A stretch of DNA of 59,525 nt, filler included. It is 9 parts of 9 records of this genome, joined end to end, with 100 filler letters (N's around TTAATTAATTAA, not from the genome) between each part and the next. Parts side by side here need not be neighbours in the genome. Positions count along the whole stretch, not along the records: positions 14,684 to 23,170 come from SRR31156797_128479; positions 23,271 to 28,812 come from SRR31156797_128717; 7 more parts are not named here. One strand, given 5' to 3'. The translations under genes were made by a program, and so were the position numbers. Positions 19,232-28,912 of this stretch are shown here, piece after piece (positions within the stretch are counted from its first letter, which is position 1; each line of letters opens with the position of its first letter). Under the pieces are notes generated by a model. It was not told the DNA's origin, searched no databases, and saw only the letters and a list, made by a program, of their open reading frames with translations.

Positions 19232-21390
19232 AGCGTAAATCAATTTGTTCAATCGCTGCCCTTATCGCAGCAGCCGTCATGGTGTTCGTTCCGGCTGCCC
19301 AGGCAACGGCGTCAGCCAAAAAAACCGCAGCCCCTGTCCAGCTGACCTTCACACCGGAAGACCGGAACACCTGCGTTGCCATCGTCAGCTCCCTGGAGCG
19401 GAACCACTATGCAGGGAAACGCCTCAACAACGCCATGTCATCACGGATCCTGGACAGGTACTTCACCGCGCTGGATCCCTCCAAAAGCCTGTTTACCCAA
19501 AAGGATATCGACCGGTTCGAACCCCTGCGATACCGGTTGGACAACGCCCTGAAAAAAGGGGACCTGACCCCTGGATACGACCTGTTCAACCTGTACCTCG
19601 AGCGGTCCCGTGAACGGCTGGAGTTTATCATCGCCCTTTCCAAGACCTGGGAGAAGACCCTGGACTTCACCACCAATGAGACCATCGATCTTGACAGGGA
19701 AGAGATGCCATGGCCCGCCAACAGGAAAGAACTTGAACTTCTGTGGAAAAAGTCGTTTAAAAACGCCGTACTGGCCATGAAACTGGACCAGGAGGAGGAA
19801 TCAAACGACGATGCCGCCACCAAGGCAGTGACAGAGGACAACGCCGGGGGGAACCAGGAGCTTGTCCTGGAGCCGGACGAGGACATCACCGAGACATTGA
19901 CAAAGCGCTATACGAGCAGGCTCAACCGGCTGGCCCAGACAAACTCGGCCGACACCTTCAGAACCTTCATGAATTCCGTGGCCATGAGCTTTGATCCCCA
20001 CACCCAATATTTCCCCCCCAGGGTCTCGGAGGATTTCGACATCCAGATGAGCCTCAGCCTGGAAGGCATCGGTGCGGTACTCCAGAACGAATATGAGTAC
20101 ACCAAGGTTGTCAGGCTCATCACGGCAGGCCCTGCCGAGAAGTCAAACCAGCTCATGCCCGGAGACCGGATCATCGGCGTGGGACAGGACGACCTGGGCG
20201 AGATCCAGGACGTTGTGGGCTGGAGAATCGACGATGTGGTAAAGCTGATCCGGGGCCCCAAGGACACCATTGTCCGGCTCAAGATCATTCCGGCCGAAAA
20301 AAAAGGCGATCACCATGCAAGGCTTGTCAGCATCAAGCGGGACAAGGTCAAACTTGAAGACCAGGCAGCCAAGAAGACTGTGGAGACCGTGCATGCCAAC
20401 GGCCGGGACTACACCATCGGCATCATCGATATTCCAGCCTTTTACCAGGATTTCAAGGGTTCCCAGGCCGGGAGCACAGACTACCGGAGCACCACCCGGG
20501 ATGTCAGGAAATTGATCGAGGAGCTCAAACAGGAAAATATCGACGGACTCATCATCGACCTCAGAAACAACGGCGGCGGTTCGCTCCAGGAGGTCAACCA
20601 GCTTGTGGGGCTCTTTATCAACTCCGGGCCTACTGTGCAGATCCGGGGCAGAAAGGGGTTCATGTCCCGCCTCAACGACCCGGACCCCTCCATTGTCTAC
20701 ACAGGCCCGCTGGTGGTCATGATCAACCGCATGAGCGCATCTGCCTCCGAGATCTTCGCAGGAGCCATAAAGGATTACAACCGGGGCGTCATTGTCGGCA
20801 CAAGAAGCTTTGGCAAGGGAACGGTCCAGGCCCTTCAAGCCATCGACAAGGGCCAGCTCAAGCTCACCAGCGCCAAATTTTACCGAATTTCCGGCAAGAG
20901 CACCCAGAACCTGGGAGTGGCTCCGGACATCAATTATCCCAGGCTCTACAACCCGGAAGAAACAGGTGAAAGCTCCCTCAAGGGCGCCCTTCCCTGGGAC
21001 ATGTCCCGCCGGGCGGAATTCCAGCCTTACAAAGAGCTGTCGCCCTACATTGGCAAGCTTCGGATAAACCATGAAAAACGAACCGAATCAAGCCCCGACT
21101 TTATCTACCTCAGATCAAAGTATCGCCTTGCCTCGGATATCTACAACCTGAAGCAGTGGTCCTTGAACGAGACAAAGCGCAAGGAGCAAAAAGAGCGGTT
21201 CATCGACATGGAGCTTGAGATCGAGAACCGGTCCCGGCTGGCCAAGGGCCTCGATCCCCTTGAGAAGATAGAGGAGAACGAGACCCGGACAACGGAGAAC
21301 GACACCGACAATGACTTTCTCCTGAAGGAGACGGAGCAGGTGATGGCCGATTTCATCGACCTTGCCAAAACCGAGGCGCTCCACTGGTAA
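19228..21390 (+). CDS. prc: Carboxy-terminal processing protease (S41, Prc/Tsp)
   Basis: Signal peptide; DPHTQYF, LEGIGAVL, PDZ, DLRNNGGG, SASASEIFAG, FGKGTVQ. Confidence 0.93.
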   Translation: MKRKSICSIAALIAAAVMVFVPAAQATASAKKTAAPVQLTFTPEDRNTCVAIVSSLERNHYAGKRLNNAMSSRILDRYFTALDPSKSLFTQKDIDRFEPLRYRLDNALKKGDLTPGYDLFNLYLERSRERLEFIIALSKTWEKTLDFTTNETIDLDREEMPWPANRKELELLWKKSFKNAVLAMKLDQEEESNDDAATKAVTEDNAGGNQELVLEPDEDITETLTKRYTSRLNRLAQTNSADTFRTFMNSVAMSFDPHTQYFPPRVSEDFDIQMSLSLEGIGAVLQNEYEYTKVVRLITAGPAEKSNQLMPGDRIIGVGQDDLGEIQDVVGWRIDDVVKLIRGPKDTIVRLKIIPAEKKGDHHARLVSIKRDKVKLEDQAAKKTVETVHANGRDYTIGIIDIPAFYQDFKGSQAGSTDYRSTTRDVRKLIEELKQENIDGLIIDLRNNGGGSLQEVNQLVGLFINSGPTVQIRGRKGFMSRLNDPDPSIVYTGPLVVMINRMSASASEIFAGAIKDYNRGVIVGTRSFGKGTVQALQAIDKGQLKLTSAKFYRISGKSTQNLGVAPDINYPRLYNPEETGESSLKGALPWDMSRRAEFQPYKELSPYIGKLRINHEKRTESSPDFIYLRSKYRLASDIYNLKQWSLNETKRKEQKERFIDMELEIENRSRLAKGLDPLEKIEENETRTTENDTDNDFLLKETEQVMADFIDLAKTEALHW

Positions 21391-21520
21391 TCCTTGCTAT
21401 TTGGGCTGCAATTGTTTAGTATTTCAGCCTGTATGATTAACGTATAGATATTTGCACTATAATTGAGACCCGCTTCAATTCATATGCAAGGAGCTATAAC
21501 CGACAAAAAAGGAGAGACCC

Positions 21521-21802
21521 ATGGCAAAAGCGTGTGCACGCCATATTCTTGTGGACAAAGAGGATCAGTGCCAGGACCTGATCGATCAGATCAACAACGG
21601 TGCCGATTTTGCAGAGCTTGCAAAACAGCATTCCAAATGCCCTTCCGGACGCCAGGGAGGAGACCTTGGCGAGTTCGGCCCGGGAATGATGGTTCCCGAG
21701 TTTGACCGGGTTGTGTTTAACGAAGAGGTGGGAAAACCCCACGGTCCGGTAAAAACCGACTTTGGTTACCATGTGGTTGAAATCACCAGCCGCACCGAAT
21801 AA
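21521..21802 (+). CDS. ppiC: Parvulin peptidyl-prolyl isomerase
   Basis: ARHILV, FAELAKQHSKCPSG..GGDLG, PVKTDFGYH; 93 aa. Confidence 0.95.
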   Translation: MAKACARHILVDKEDQCQDLIDQINNGADFAELAKQHSKCPSGRQGGDLGEFGPGMMVPEFDRVVFNEEVGKPHGPVKTDFGYHVVEITSRTE

Positions 21803-21810
21803 GTATCGCT

Positions 21811-21847
21811 TTTCAGCGCCGGCCCCTTTTATCGGCCGGTGCTGAAA
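21811..21847 (+). terminator. Hairpin after ppiC
   Basis: TTTCAGCGCCGGCC ... GGCCGGTGCTGAAA inverted repeat (one G-U pair). Confidence 0.55.
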
Positions 21848-21864
21848 TTCAAGCCCCCCTGACC

Positions 21865-23170
21865 ATGATCCTGAGAAAAAAACCGATTAAACGACCGCTC
21901 CTCATAACCACCCTCTGTATCATCCTTTTTGTGATCATCAGCGCCATGGGCCTCATGGCCTCTCTTCCCTGGATCGTGGACTCGGCCTATGTCAAACAGG
22001 AAATCTCGACGATTCTGTCGGAAAGGCTCCACACCACCACAACCACCCATACCATCGATCTTAAATTCCGTCCCCGCCCCCTTCTGAGAATTCAGGGCCT
22101 CGGCATGGATCTCCAGGGCAGGGCCCACCTCTCCATCAACGAGACACTGCTCTACCCCGACATCCTGAGCCTGATAACGGGCAAGATCGATATCAACAAG
22201 GTATGCTTCAAAACGGTCTCTGCCTCACTGGTTGATTCCAAGCCCCGGAAGAAAGGAAAGGAACCGGGCCTGCCGCCCCTGATGGACCTGGTGGATCTGG
22301 TGGAAACGGCACTTTTCCCCCTGCTTCCGGAAACCCAGAACGACCTTGCCGTTGTGGTTGAAAATTTTCATTCCGACCTGTTTCAGCGAATGGATGCCGC
22401 CCTTCACCTCTCCCCCAAAAACAGGAAGATCATGGGAGAAGCATTGGTTCAAGACCTCAGTATTGAAGAAAAAAACCTGCCGGGCTTCTCCCTGGGCAAC
22501 ACCATCGCATCCGTGGCCTCCGGCCGAATAAAAGCGCGTTTTTCCTACCATCCGTCCGCCCCACTCACCCTTGACATGGACCTGATATCTCCGAAAATCA
22601 TGCTGAAGAATCCAAAGGCTCCGGAGATCAAGGGGGAAAGAATATCGGCAAGTGCCGCTGTGACCCGGGAGCGCGTCACGATGTCCATCGACCCGATCCT
22701 GCTTGACACCCCCCGGCTTGGCTGCGCCATCGACTTTGGATTTGACCGCAAGACAAAGAATGCGGCCATCACCTTCAAGGGAACCGATGTCAACATCGAC
22801 CAGACAAGGCGCACAGCCCTTGAGCTTCTAAAGACGAGCGAGGTCTGCCGGGAAATTTTCTGGATATTGCGCGGGGGCCTTGCCCCCCAGCTCACGGTCT
22901 CGTTCAACTCAGACAACCTGGAAGACCTGTTCGACCCTGAAAACATGGTCATCACCGGATTTATTCTCAAGGGTGGGGTCAGGGTTCCCGAAACGGTGAT
23001 TTCCGTTTCAGACATCCGGGGAAAGGTGACCATGGCAAAGGGAATTCTCCACACGGATGTCACCAGGGGCAGTGTGGAGGGGGCGTTGATCCGTAAAGGC
23101 GTCCTGGATGTTGACATACTGGGAGATCACCACGCCTTTGAAGGTGAATTTGATCTTTCCGCGGATCTGT
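21865..23170 (+). CDS. AsmA/YhdP-like large envelope protein, N-terminal part (3' truncated)
   Basis: N-terminal TM followed by a beta-rich region with an AsmA-like start (YPDILSLITGKIDI). Confidence 0.55.
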
Positions 23171-23270
23171 NNNNNNNNNNNNNNNNNNNNNNNNNNNNNN
23201 NNNNNNNNNNNNNNTTAATTAATTAANNNNNNNNNNNNNNNNNNNNNNNNNNNNNNNNNNNNNNNNNNNN
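23171..23270. other. Artificial contig spacer
   Basis: N44-TTAATTAATTAA-N44. Confidence 0.98.
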
Positions 23271-23271
23271 T

Positions 23272-23385
23272 CTTCGATACCATGGTCGGGGCGAAGGCGC
23301 CAGCAGCGGCACCGGTGCCTTCAAACAATTCCGGGCCGAGCAGAAAGAACTGATGGAAGGCATCCTCGATTCAGAGTCGACATGA
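23272..23385 (+). CDS. sucA: 2-oxoglutarate dehydrogenase E1, last 37 codons (not in ORF track)
   Basis: LRYHGRGEGASSGTGAFKQFRAEQKELM resembles the SucA C-terminal YxGRxxxASxAxG..EQ; directly upstream of sucB. Confidence 0.75.
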   Translation, partial: LRYHGRGEGASSGTGAFKQFRAEQKELMEGILDSEST

Positions 23386-23423
23386 GTCGGGGTGAATCCT
23401 GACACGAGCAGAGGACATTCGAC

Positions 23424-24614
23424 ATGGCAAAGCAGGAAATCAAAGTCCCGTCGGTAGGGGAGTCCATTACCAGCGGTGTCTTGGTCACGTGGCTCAAGAA
23501 GAACGGAAGCCAGGTCCGTGAGGGCGAGAATCTCTTCGAATTGGAGACCGACAAGGCCGTTCTCGAGGTTCCCTCACCGGCTGCCGGCGTGCTTGAGATC
23601 CTTGTCGATGAAGGGACCGAGGTGTCGATTGGACAGACTGTTGCGATGCTGGAGCCCGCTGCGGGTACCGAGCCGCCTTCCGAACCGGCGTCCGTAACGC
23701 CACCAGCGGCCGAGGCGGTTCGACCGGCCGAACCGGTCCCACCTGTTCAACCAGCGCCGCCGTCAAGGGAAGTGGCCGCGCCGCTGAGAGAGACGCAGAG
23801 CCAGGCCTCGACTCCTGCACCGGACGCACGGAGACCCTCAAAGGAAGCAGTGCCACCCAGTGCGCTACCGGAGGCTCCTATTGGGTGGGCGGTGCCCACG
23901 GAGGGAACGGAAGATCGTCGTACGGAACGTGTGCGCATGAGCGCGATCCGTCGTAAGACGGCTGAACGTTTGGCCAAGGCGCGGCAGACGGCCGCCTATT
24001 TGACCACGTTCAACGAGATCGACATGGAGAAGATCATCGCGATCCGCAGCCAGTACAAGACCGAATTCCAGAAAGAGCATGGCATTCGTATCGGCTTCAT
24101 GTCTTTCTTCGTCAAAGCATGTTGTCAGGCCCTGAAAGAGTATCCCGGTGTCAATGCGATGGTCGAAGGTGAGGACATCATCTACAACCACTTCTACGAT
24201 ATCGGGGTGGCGATCTCTATCGAGCACGGACTCGTGGTGCCCATTCTCCGTAACGCCGATCGCTTGCACTTTGCCGAGATCGAGACAACGATTGCCGACC
24301 TGGCCCAGCGCGCTGGGGAGAAGCGCCTGTTGCCCACCGAACTGACCGGTGGGACGTTCACCATCACCAATGGCGGCGTCTTTGGATCGCTACAGTCGAC
24401 ACCGATCCCGGCCTATCCGCAGAGTGCCATTTTGGGTATGCATGCGATCAAGAAGCGTCCCGTGGTGGTGGACGATACCATTGTGATTCGGCCGATGATG
24501 TACGTGGCGTTGACCTACGATCACCGCGTGATCGACGGGCGCGAGGCCATTGGTTTTCTCGTTAAGGTAAAGGAATACATTGAGTACCCGGACAAGTTGC
24601 TGTTGGAGCTGTGA
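23424..24614 (+). CDS. sucB: Dihydrolipoamide succinyltransferase E2o
   Basis: Lipoyl domain ETDKA; LTTFNEIDM, GFMSFFVKA, TFTITNGGVFGS, ALTYDHRVIDG. Confidence 0.95.
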   Translation: MAKQEIKVPSVGESITSGVLVTWLKKNGSQVREGENLFELETDKAVLEVPSPAAGVLEILVDEGTEVSIGQTVAMLEPAAGTEPPSEPASVTPPAAEAVRPAEPVPPVQPAPPSREVAAPLRETQSQASTPAPDARRPSKEAVPPSALPEAPIGWAVPTEGTEDRRTERVRMSAIRRKTAERLAKARQTAAYLTTFNEIDMEKIIAIRSQYKTEFQKEHGIRIGFMSFFVKACCQALKEYPGVNAMVEGEDIIYNHFYDIGVAISIEHGLVVPILRNADRLHFAEIETTIADLAQRAGEKRLLPTELTGGTFTITNGGVFGSLQSTPIPAYPQSAILGMHAIKKRPVVVDDTIVIRPMMYVALTYDHRVIDGREAIGFLVKVKEYIEYPDKLLLEL

Positions 24615-24714
24615 GGGCCTGGAAGCGGAACATGAAGGTCTCAACTGACGTCACTGTGCTTCGGGCGGTTCCCTGCGGGGCTCTCAAATGGCAGCCAATT
24701 TAGGAGACGATTTG

Positions 24715-25857
24715 ATGGCAGAGACAACGTATGCAAAAGGGCTCGAAGGCGTAATCGCGGCCGAATCAGATGTTTGCCAAATCGACGGCGCTAAGGGAAA
24801 GCTGTACTATCGCGGGTACTCGATCGAGGACCTTGCCGAGCATTCCACTTTTGAAGAGACGACCTTTCTCCTGCTCAACGAAAAGCTGCCCTCGGCGAGC
24901 GAACTCGACGATTTCAGCCGTCGGATGCGCGAATCGCGTGGTCTCGCCGAGCCGATCCAGAGCATGATTCGCCAGTTCCCGGCGGCGGGGTCACCGATGG
25001 AGTTGCTTCAGTCGGTTATCTCCTATCTGAGCAGCTCGGTGGAGCATAAGATCCAGCACTCGACCACATGCAACTGCCGTCGGACCCTGCACCAGATTTC
25101 GCAGATGGCGACGGTGCTGGCAACGTATCAGCGCTTTCGGGAAGGCAAGTCCTACGTCGAGCCCCGGGCCGATCTTTCTCAGGGAGCCAACTTCCTCTAC
25201 ATGCTGCGCGGCACCGAACCCACGCCGGAAGAAGGTCGGATCATGGATACATGCCTGACGCTGCACGCCGAGCACGGGTTCAACGCTTCGACCTTCACGG
25301 CCCGCGTTGTGGCCTCGACCTATTCCACCTGCTATTGCAGCATCTCGGCCGCCATCGGGGCGCTGGCCGGGCCGCTGCACGGGGGCGCGAACGAACGCGT
25401 CATGGACATGGTCGAAGAGATCGGATCGAAAGACAAGGTCAATGCCTGGCTGGACAAGGCGCTGGCCGAACGACGCAAGGTCATGGGCATGGGCCACCGC
25501 GTCTACAAAGCCAAGGATCCCCGCTCTGTCGTGATGGAACAGATGCTCACCGATCTCTCCAAGCAGCAGGGGGATGCGAGCTTCTATGAGATTCTCAAGC
25601 AGATCGAGAAAGGGTTTCGGGCTCGCATGGAGGAGAAGGGCAAGCCGATCTATCCGAACGTGGACTTTTTCTCCGGTGCCGTCTACGCGCTACTGGGGAT
25701 TCCGCGCGATTTGTTCACACCGATCTTTGGGGCCGCCCGCGCGCCCGGCTGGCTCGCGCATATTCTGGAGCAGCGCAAGGACAATCGGATCTTCCGGCCC
25801 AAGTCGCTCTATGTGGGGCCGGAGCCTCGGTCTTACGTAGCCATCGACGAGCGGTAG
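24715..25857 (+). CDS. gltA: Citrate synthase (or 2-methylcitrate synthase)
   Basis: GLEGV, HAEHGFNASTF, GPLHGGAN, GMGHRVYK..DPR, PNVDFFS; AGGAG RBS. Confidence 0.88.
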   Translation: MAETTYAKGLEGVIAAESDVCQIDGAKGKLYYRGYSIEDLAEHSTFEETTFLLLNEKLPSASELDDFSRRMRESRGLAEPIQSMIRQFPAAGSPMELLQSVISYLSSSVEHKIQHSTTCNCRRTLHQISQMATVLATYQRFREGKSYVEPRADLSQGANFLYMLRGTEPTPEEGRIMDTCLTLHAEHGFNASTFTARVVASTYSTCYCSISAAIGALAGPLHGGANERVMDMVEEIGSKDKVNAWLDKALAERRKVMGMGHRVYKAKDPRSVVMEQMLTDLSKQQGDASFYEILKQIEKGFRARMEEKGKPIYPNVDFFSGAVYALLGIPRDLFTPIFGAARAPGWLAHILEQRKDNRIFRPKSLYVGPEPRSYVAIDER

Positions 25858-25873
25858 AAGCGTCGGAGGCCGG

Positions 25874-27286
25874 TTACTGTTTGAACTCAGAGACCAGCGT
25901 CCCGATAGAGGCTTTGGCGTCACCGAACAGCATGCGGGTATTGTCTTTGAAGAAAAGAGAATTGTCGACGCCGGCGAATCCTGGATTGAGCGATCGCTTC
26001 AGAACGATGCAGGTGTGGGCGCGATCCACGTCGATAATGGGCATGCCCCAGAGGGGACTGTTCTCGTCTTCTCTGGCCGCCGGGTTGACGACGTCATTGG
26101 CACCGATGACCACGGCCACGTCCACCATCTCCATGCTGGGGTTCACGTCCGGCGGTTCGACCAGCACCTCATAGGGAACGTTTGCCTCGGCCAGCAGCAC
26201 ATTCATGTGCCCGGGCATCCGGCCGGCGACCGGATGGATGCAGTACCGGACCTCGGCCCCATTGTTCTCCAGCAGTTCGCCGAGTTCTCGCACCACATGC
26301 TGGGCTTGGGCCGCCGCCATCCCATAGCCCGGGACGAAGACCACATTGTGAGCGGCCTCGAGCATGAGATAGGCGTCCTCGGCGCTGATGGGTTTGGCCT
26401 CGCCGTGGTAGCCTTTGCCGGTGGCCGTGGTGGCCGAGCCGAACCCACTGAACAGGACGTTTGTCAGCGACCGGTTCATCGCTTTGCACATGATGCTGGT
26501 CAGGATGATGCCGGAGGCGCCGACCAACGAGCCGGAGACGATCAGAACGTTGTTGCCGATGGCGAAGCCGGCGGCGCAGGCGGCCAGCCCCGAATAGCTG
26601 TTCAGCAGGCAGATGACTACCGGCATATCGGCACCGCCGATGGGAACGGTCGACAGGACACCAAGCACGAACGCGAGAATGATGCCCGTGACGAGCAGGG
26701 CGTAAGCCAGGCTACCTCGTCCGGCCTCGGCCGGTTCCAGACCCATGGTGCAGAATAAGACACTCAGCACGACGATCGCGATCAACAGGCCGGCGTTGAC
26801 GAGGTTCTGACCCTTGAAGAGAATGGGCTTGCCGTTGATGAACCCGGACAGTTTTCCGAATGCGATGAGACTGCCGGTGAAGGTTACGCCGCCGATCAGG
26901 ACGGTTAGGAGTATGGCTACCGTAGTGAAGAGGGCAATCTGACCCGGGCCGGCCCAGTTCCAGTGATACTCCGACCAACCGACCAGCAGGCTGGCCAGGC
27001 CGCCGAAGCCGTTGAACAAGCCCACCATTTCCGGCATGGATGTCATTTTCACCAGCCGTGCCGCCAGTATGCCTACTGTTGCGCCGACGCCGGCGCCGGC
27101 GATGAGCCACGCCCAGTTGATGTCGGTCATCGCTGTTAGCGTCGTTACCACGGCGATCAGCATGCCGATGGCTGAGACGAGGTTCCCCTTGCGGGCGGTG
27201 CGCGGCGAACTGAGCATTTTCAGGCCGAACACGAAGAAGATCGAGGCAACGATATAACAGAGGCCGCGTATCAGGGGCAGGTTCAT
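25874..27286 (-). CDS. pntB: NAD(P) transhydrogenase subunit beta
   Basis: GGADMPVVI.LLNSYSG, VPGYGMA, HPVAGRMPGHMNVLLAEA, GANDVVNPAA. Confidence 0.97.
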   Translation of the reverse strand: MNLPLIRGLCYIVASIFFVFGLKMLSSPRTARKGNLVSAIGMLIAVVTTLTAMTDINWAWLIAGAGVGATVGILAARLVKMTSMPEMVGLFNGFGGLASLLVGWSEYHWNWAGPGQIALFTTVAILLTVLIGGVTFTGSLIAFGKLSGFINGKPILFKGQNLVNAGLLIAIVVLSVLFCTMGLEPAEAGRGSLAYALLVTGIILAFVLGVLSTVPIGGADMPVVICLLNSYSGLAACAAGFAIGNNVLIVSGSLVGASGIILTSIMCKAMNRSLTNVLFSGFGSATTATGKGYHGEAKPISAEDAYLMLEAAHNVVFVPGYGMAAAQAQHVVRELGELLENNGAEVRYCIHPVAGRMPGHMNVLLAEANVPYEVLVEPPDVNPSMEMVDVAVVIGANDVVNPAAREDENSPLWGMPIIDVDRAHTCIVLKRSLNPGFAGVDNSLFFKDNTRMLFGDAKASIGTLVSEFKQ

Positions 27287-27597
27287 TGCGACCCTCCATC
27301 TTTGCGCTTGCTCTTGAACATCTCCAGCATGCGGTCGGTAACGAGATACCCGCCTACGACGTTAATCATCGCAAACGTCACCGCCAGGGTGGCCAGCACC
27401 GTCACCGCCGGGCCGCTATTGGCTCGTCCTGAGGCGATCAATGCCCCGACGATGGTGATCCCGGAGATAGCGTTCGAACCCGACATCAACGGTGTGTGCA
27501 ATTGGGAAGGAACTTTCTTGATCAGCTCCACGCCCAGAAACATGGCCAGCACGAACACAAAGAACAGCAGTGGCATCGTCGTGGCGTCTAATTCCAT
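27283..27597 (-). CDS. pntA: NAD(P) transhydrogenase subunit alpha, part 2 (membrane)
   Basis: LHTPLMSGSNAISG, NVVGGYLVTDRMLEMF. Confidence 0.95.
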   Translation of the reverse strand: MELDATTMPLLFFVFVLAMFLGVELIKKVPSQLHTPLMSGSNAISGITIVGALIASGRANSGPAVTVLATLAVTFAMINVVGGYLVTDRMLEMFKSKRKDGGSQ

Positions 27598-27599
27598 TG

Positions 27600-28742
27600 T
27601 TACGCTCCTTCCGCGATTGTGGCACGGATCGTTTCGTTGACAATCTCGCCGTCATGAGTGATCAGGCATCCCTGGAGTATTTCGTCGTCGCGCTTCAGTT
27701 CAAGACGCTTGGCCTCCTTGTCCCAGAAGTGGTCGACGAAATTATAGAGATTGCTGGAGAACATCTGGCTGGCCGCCAGGGGGACGCGGCGTTGAAGCTC
27801 GGGATGTCCGATGATCGTCACGCCTTTTCGTTCGACCTCTTTGCCGAGTTCGGATGCTTCCACGTTCCCGCCGGTCTCCACTGCCAGATCGACCACGGTG
27901 CTGCCAGGTTTCATCCCGTCCAGCATTTCGTTGGTCACAATCAGCGGGGCCTTGCGGCCGAAGACTTTGGCCGTGGTGATGACGACATCGGATTGGGCGC
28001 ACTGCTTGGCCATCGCTTCGCGCTGCTGACGGAGCTGCTCGTCGGTCAACTTTGTCGCGTAGCCGTCTTTGGTTTGACCGGTCTGCCCCAGATCGATCTT
28101 CAGCGGCTTGGCGCCCAATGAGAGAATCTGCTCCTGGGCCTCCGGGCGCACGTCGAAAGCGTCGACCCGGGCCCCCAGGCGTTTGGCCGTGGCAATGGCT
28201 TGGAGGCCGGCGACGCCCACGCCGATGACGAATACCCGCACCGGTGGAATCGTACCGGCCGGTGTCATCATCATCGGGAAGATCCGCTTCTGGCGAGCCG
28301 CTGCCAGGAGGACGGCAACGTACCCCGCCAGATTGGCCTGGGAGCTTATCACATCCATCTTCTGTGCGAGAGTTGTACGGGGGATCATCTCGAGACTGAT
28401 GCCGCTTACCTTGCGAGCGGCAAGCGCTTTGACGATATCGATATTATTGAACGGATCCATGTGGCTGATATGGACGCACCCGGGAGCCAGATGGCGAATC
28501 TCTTCGGCACGGGGGATGCTAAGGCGCAGCACCATATCGGCTGCGGCCAGCGACTTCTCGCGCTGGCCTGACATCCGTGCGCCGACCCGTTCGTATTCGT
28601 CATCGGCGATCGAAAGCGTCCGACCGAGGCCCGTCTCAATCTCGACGTCAGCTTCCAGTTTCACCAGCTTGCCCACATCGACCGGCAGCATCGGCGCTCG
28701 CGTTTCGTCAGGATCAAGCTCCCTTGGAACAAACAGCTTCAT
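27600..28742 (-). CDS. pntA: NAD(P) transhydrogenase subunit alpha, part 1 (NAD-binding domain I)
   Basis: IPRTTLAQKMD, MTPAGT, GVGVAGLQAIATAKRLGA, VDLAVETGGN. Confidence 0.95.
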   Translation of the reverse strand: MKLFVPRELDPDETRAPMLPVDVGKLVKLEADVEIETGLGRTLSIADDEYERVGARMSGQREKSLAAADMVLRLSIPRAEEIRHLAPGCVHISHMDPFNNIDIVKALAARKVSGISLEMIPRTTLAQKMDVISSQANLAGYVAVLLAAARQKRIFPMMMTPAGTIPPVRVFVIGVGVAGLQAIATAKRLGARVDAFDVRPEAQEQILSLGAKPLKIDLGQTGQTKDGYATKLTDEQLRQQREAMAKQCAQSDVVITTAKVFGRKAPLIVTNEMLDGMKPGSTVVDLAVETGGNVEASELGKEVERKGVTIIGHPELQRRVPLAASQMFSSNLYNFVDHFWDKEAKRLELKRDDEILQGCLITHDGEIVNETIRATIAEGA

Positions 28743-28812
28743 TTGTGCTCCTTCATTCCTGAGTTTGTTCAGCGAACACCCTTAGATCTGATCTGAAAGC
28801 CTCGCGCTCCAG

Positions 28813-28912
28813 NNNNNNNNNNNNNNNNNNNNNNNNNNNNNNNNNNNNNNNNNNNNTTAATTAATTAANNNNNNNNNNNNNNNNNNNNNNNNNNNNNNNN
28901 NNNNNNNNNNNN
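28813..28912. other. Artificial contig spacer
   Basis: N44-TTAATTAATTAA-N44. Confidence 0.98.

Noticed and set aside
25874-28742. Split pntA as a pseudogene or frameshift
   Set aside because: The three-gene transhydrogenase is a well-known arrangement, and each gene has its own RBS
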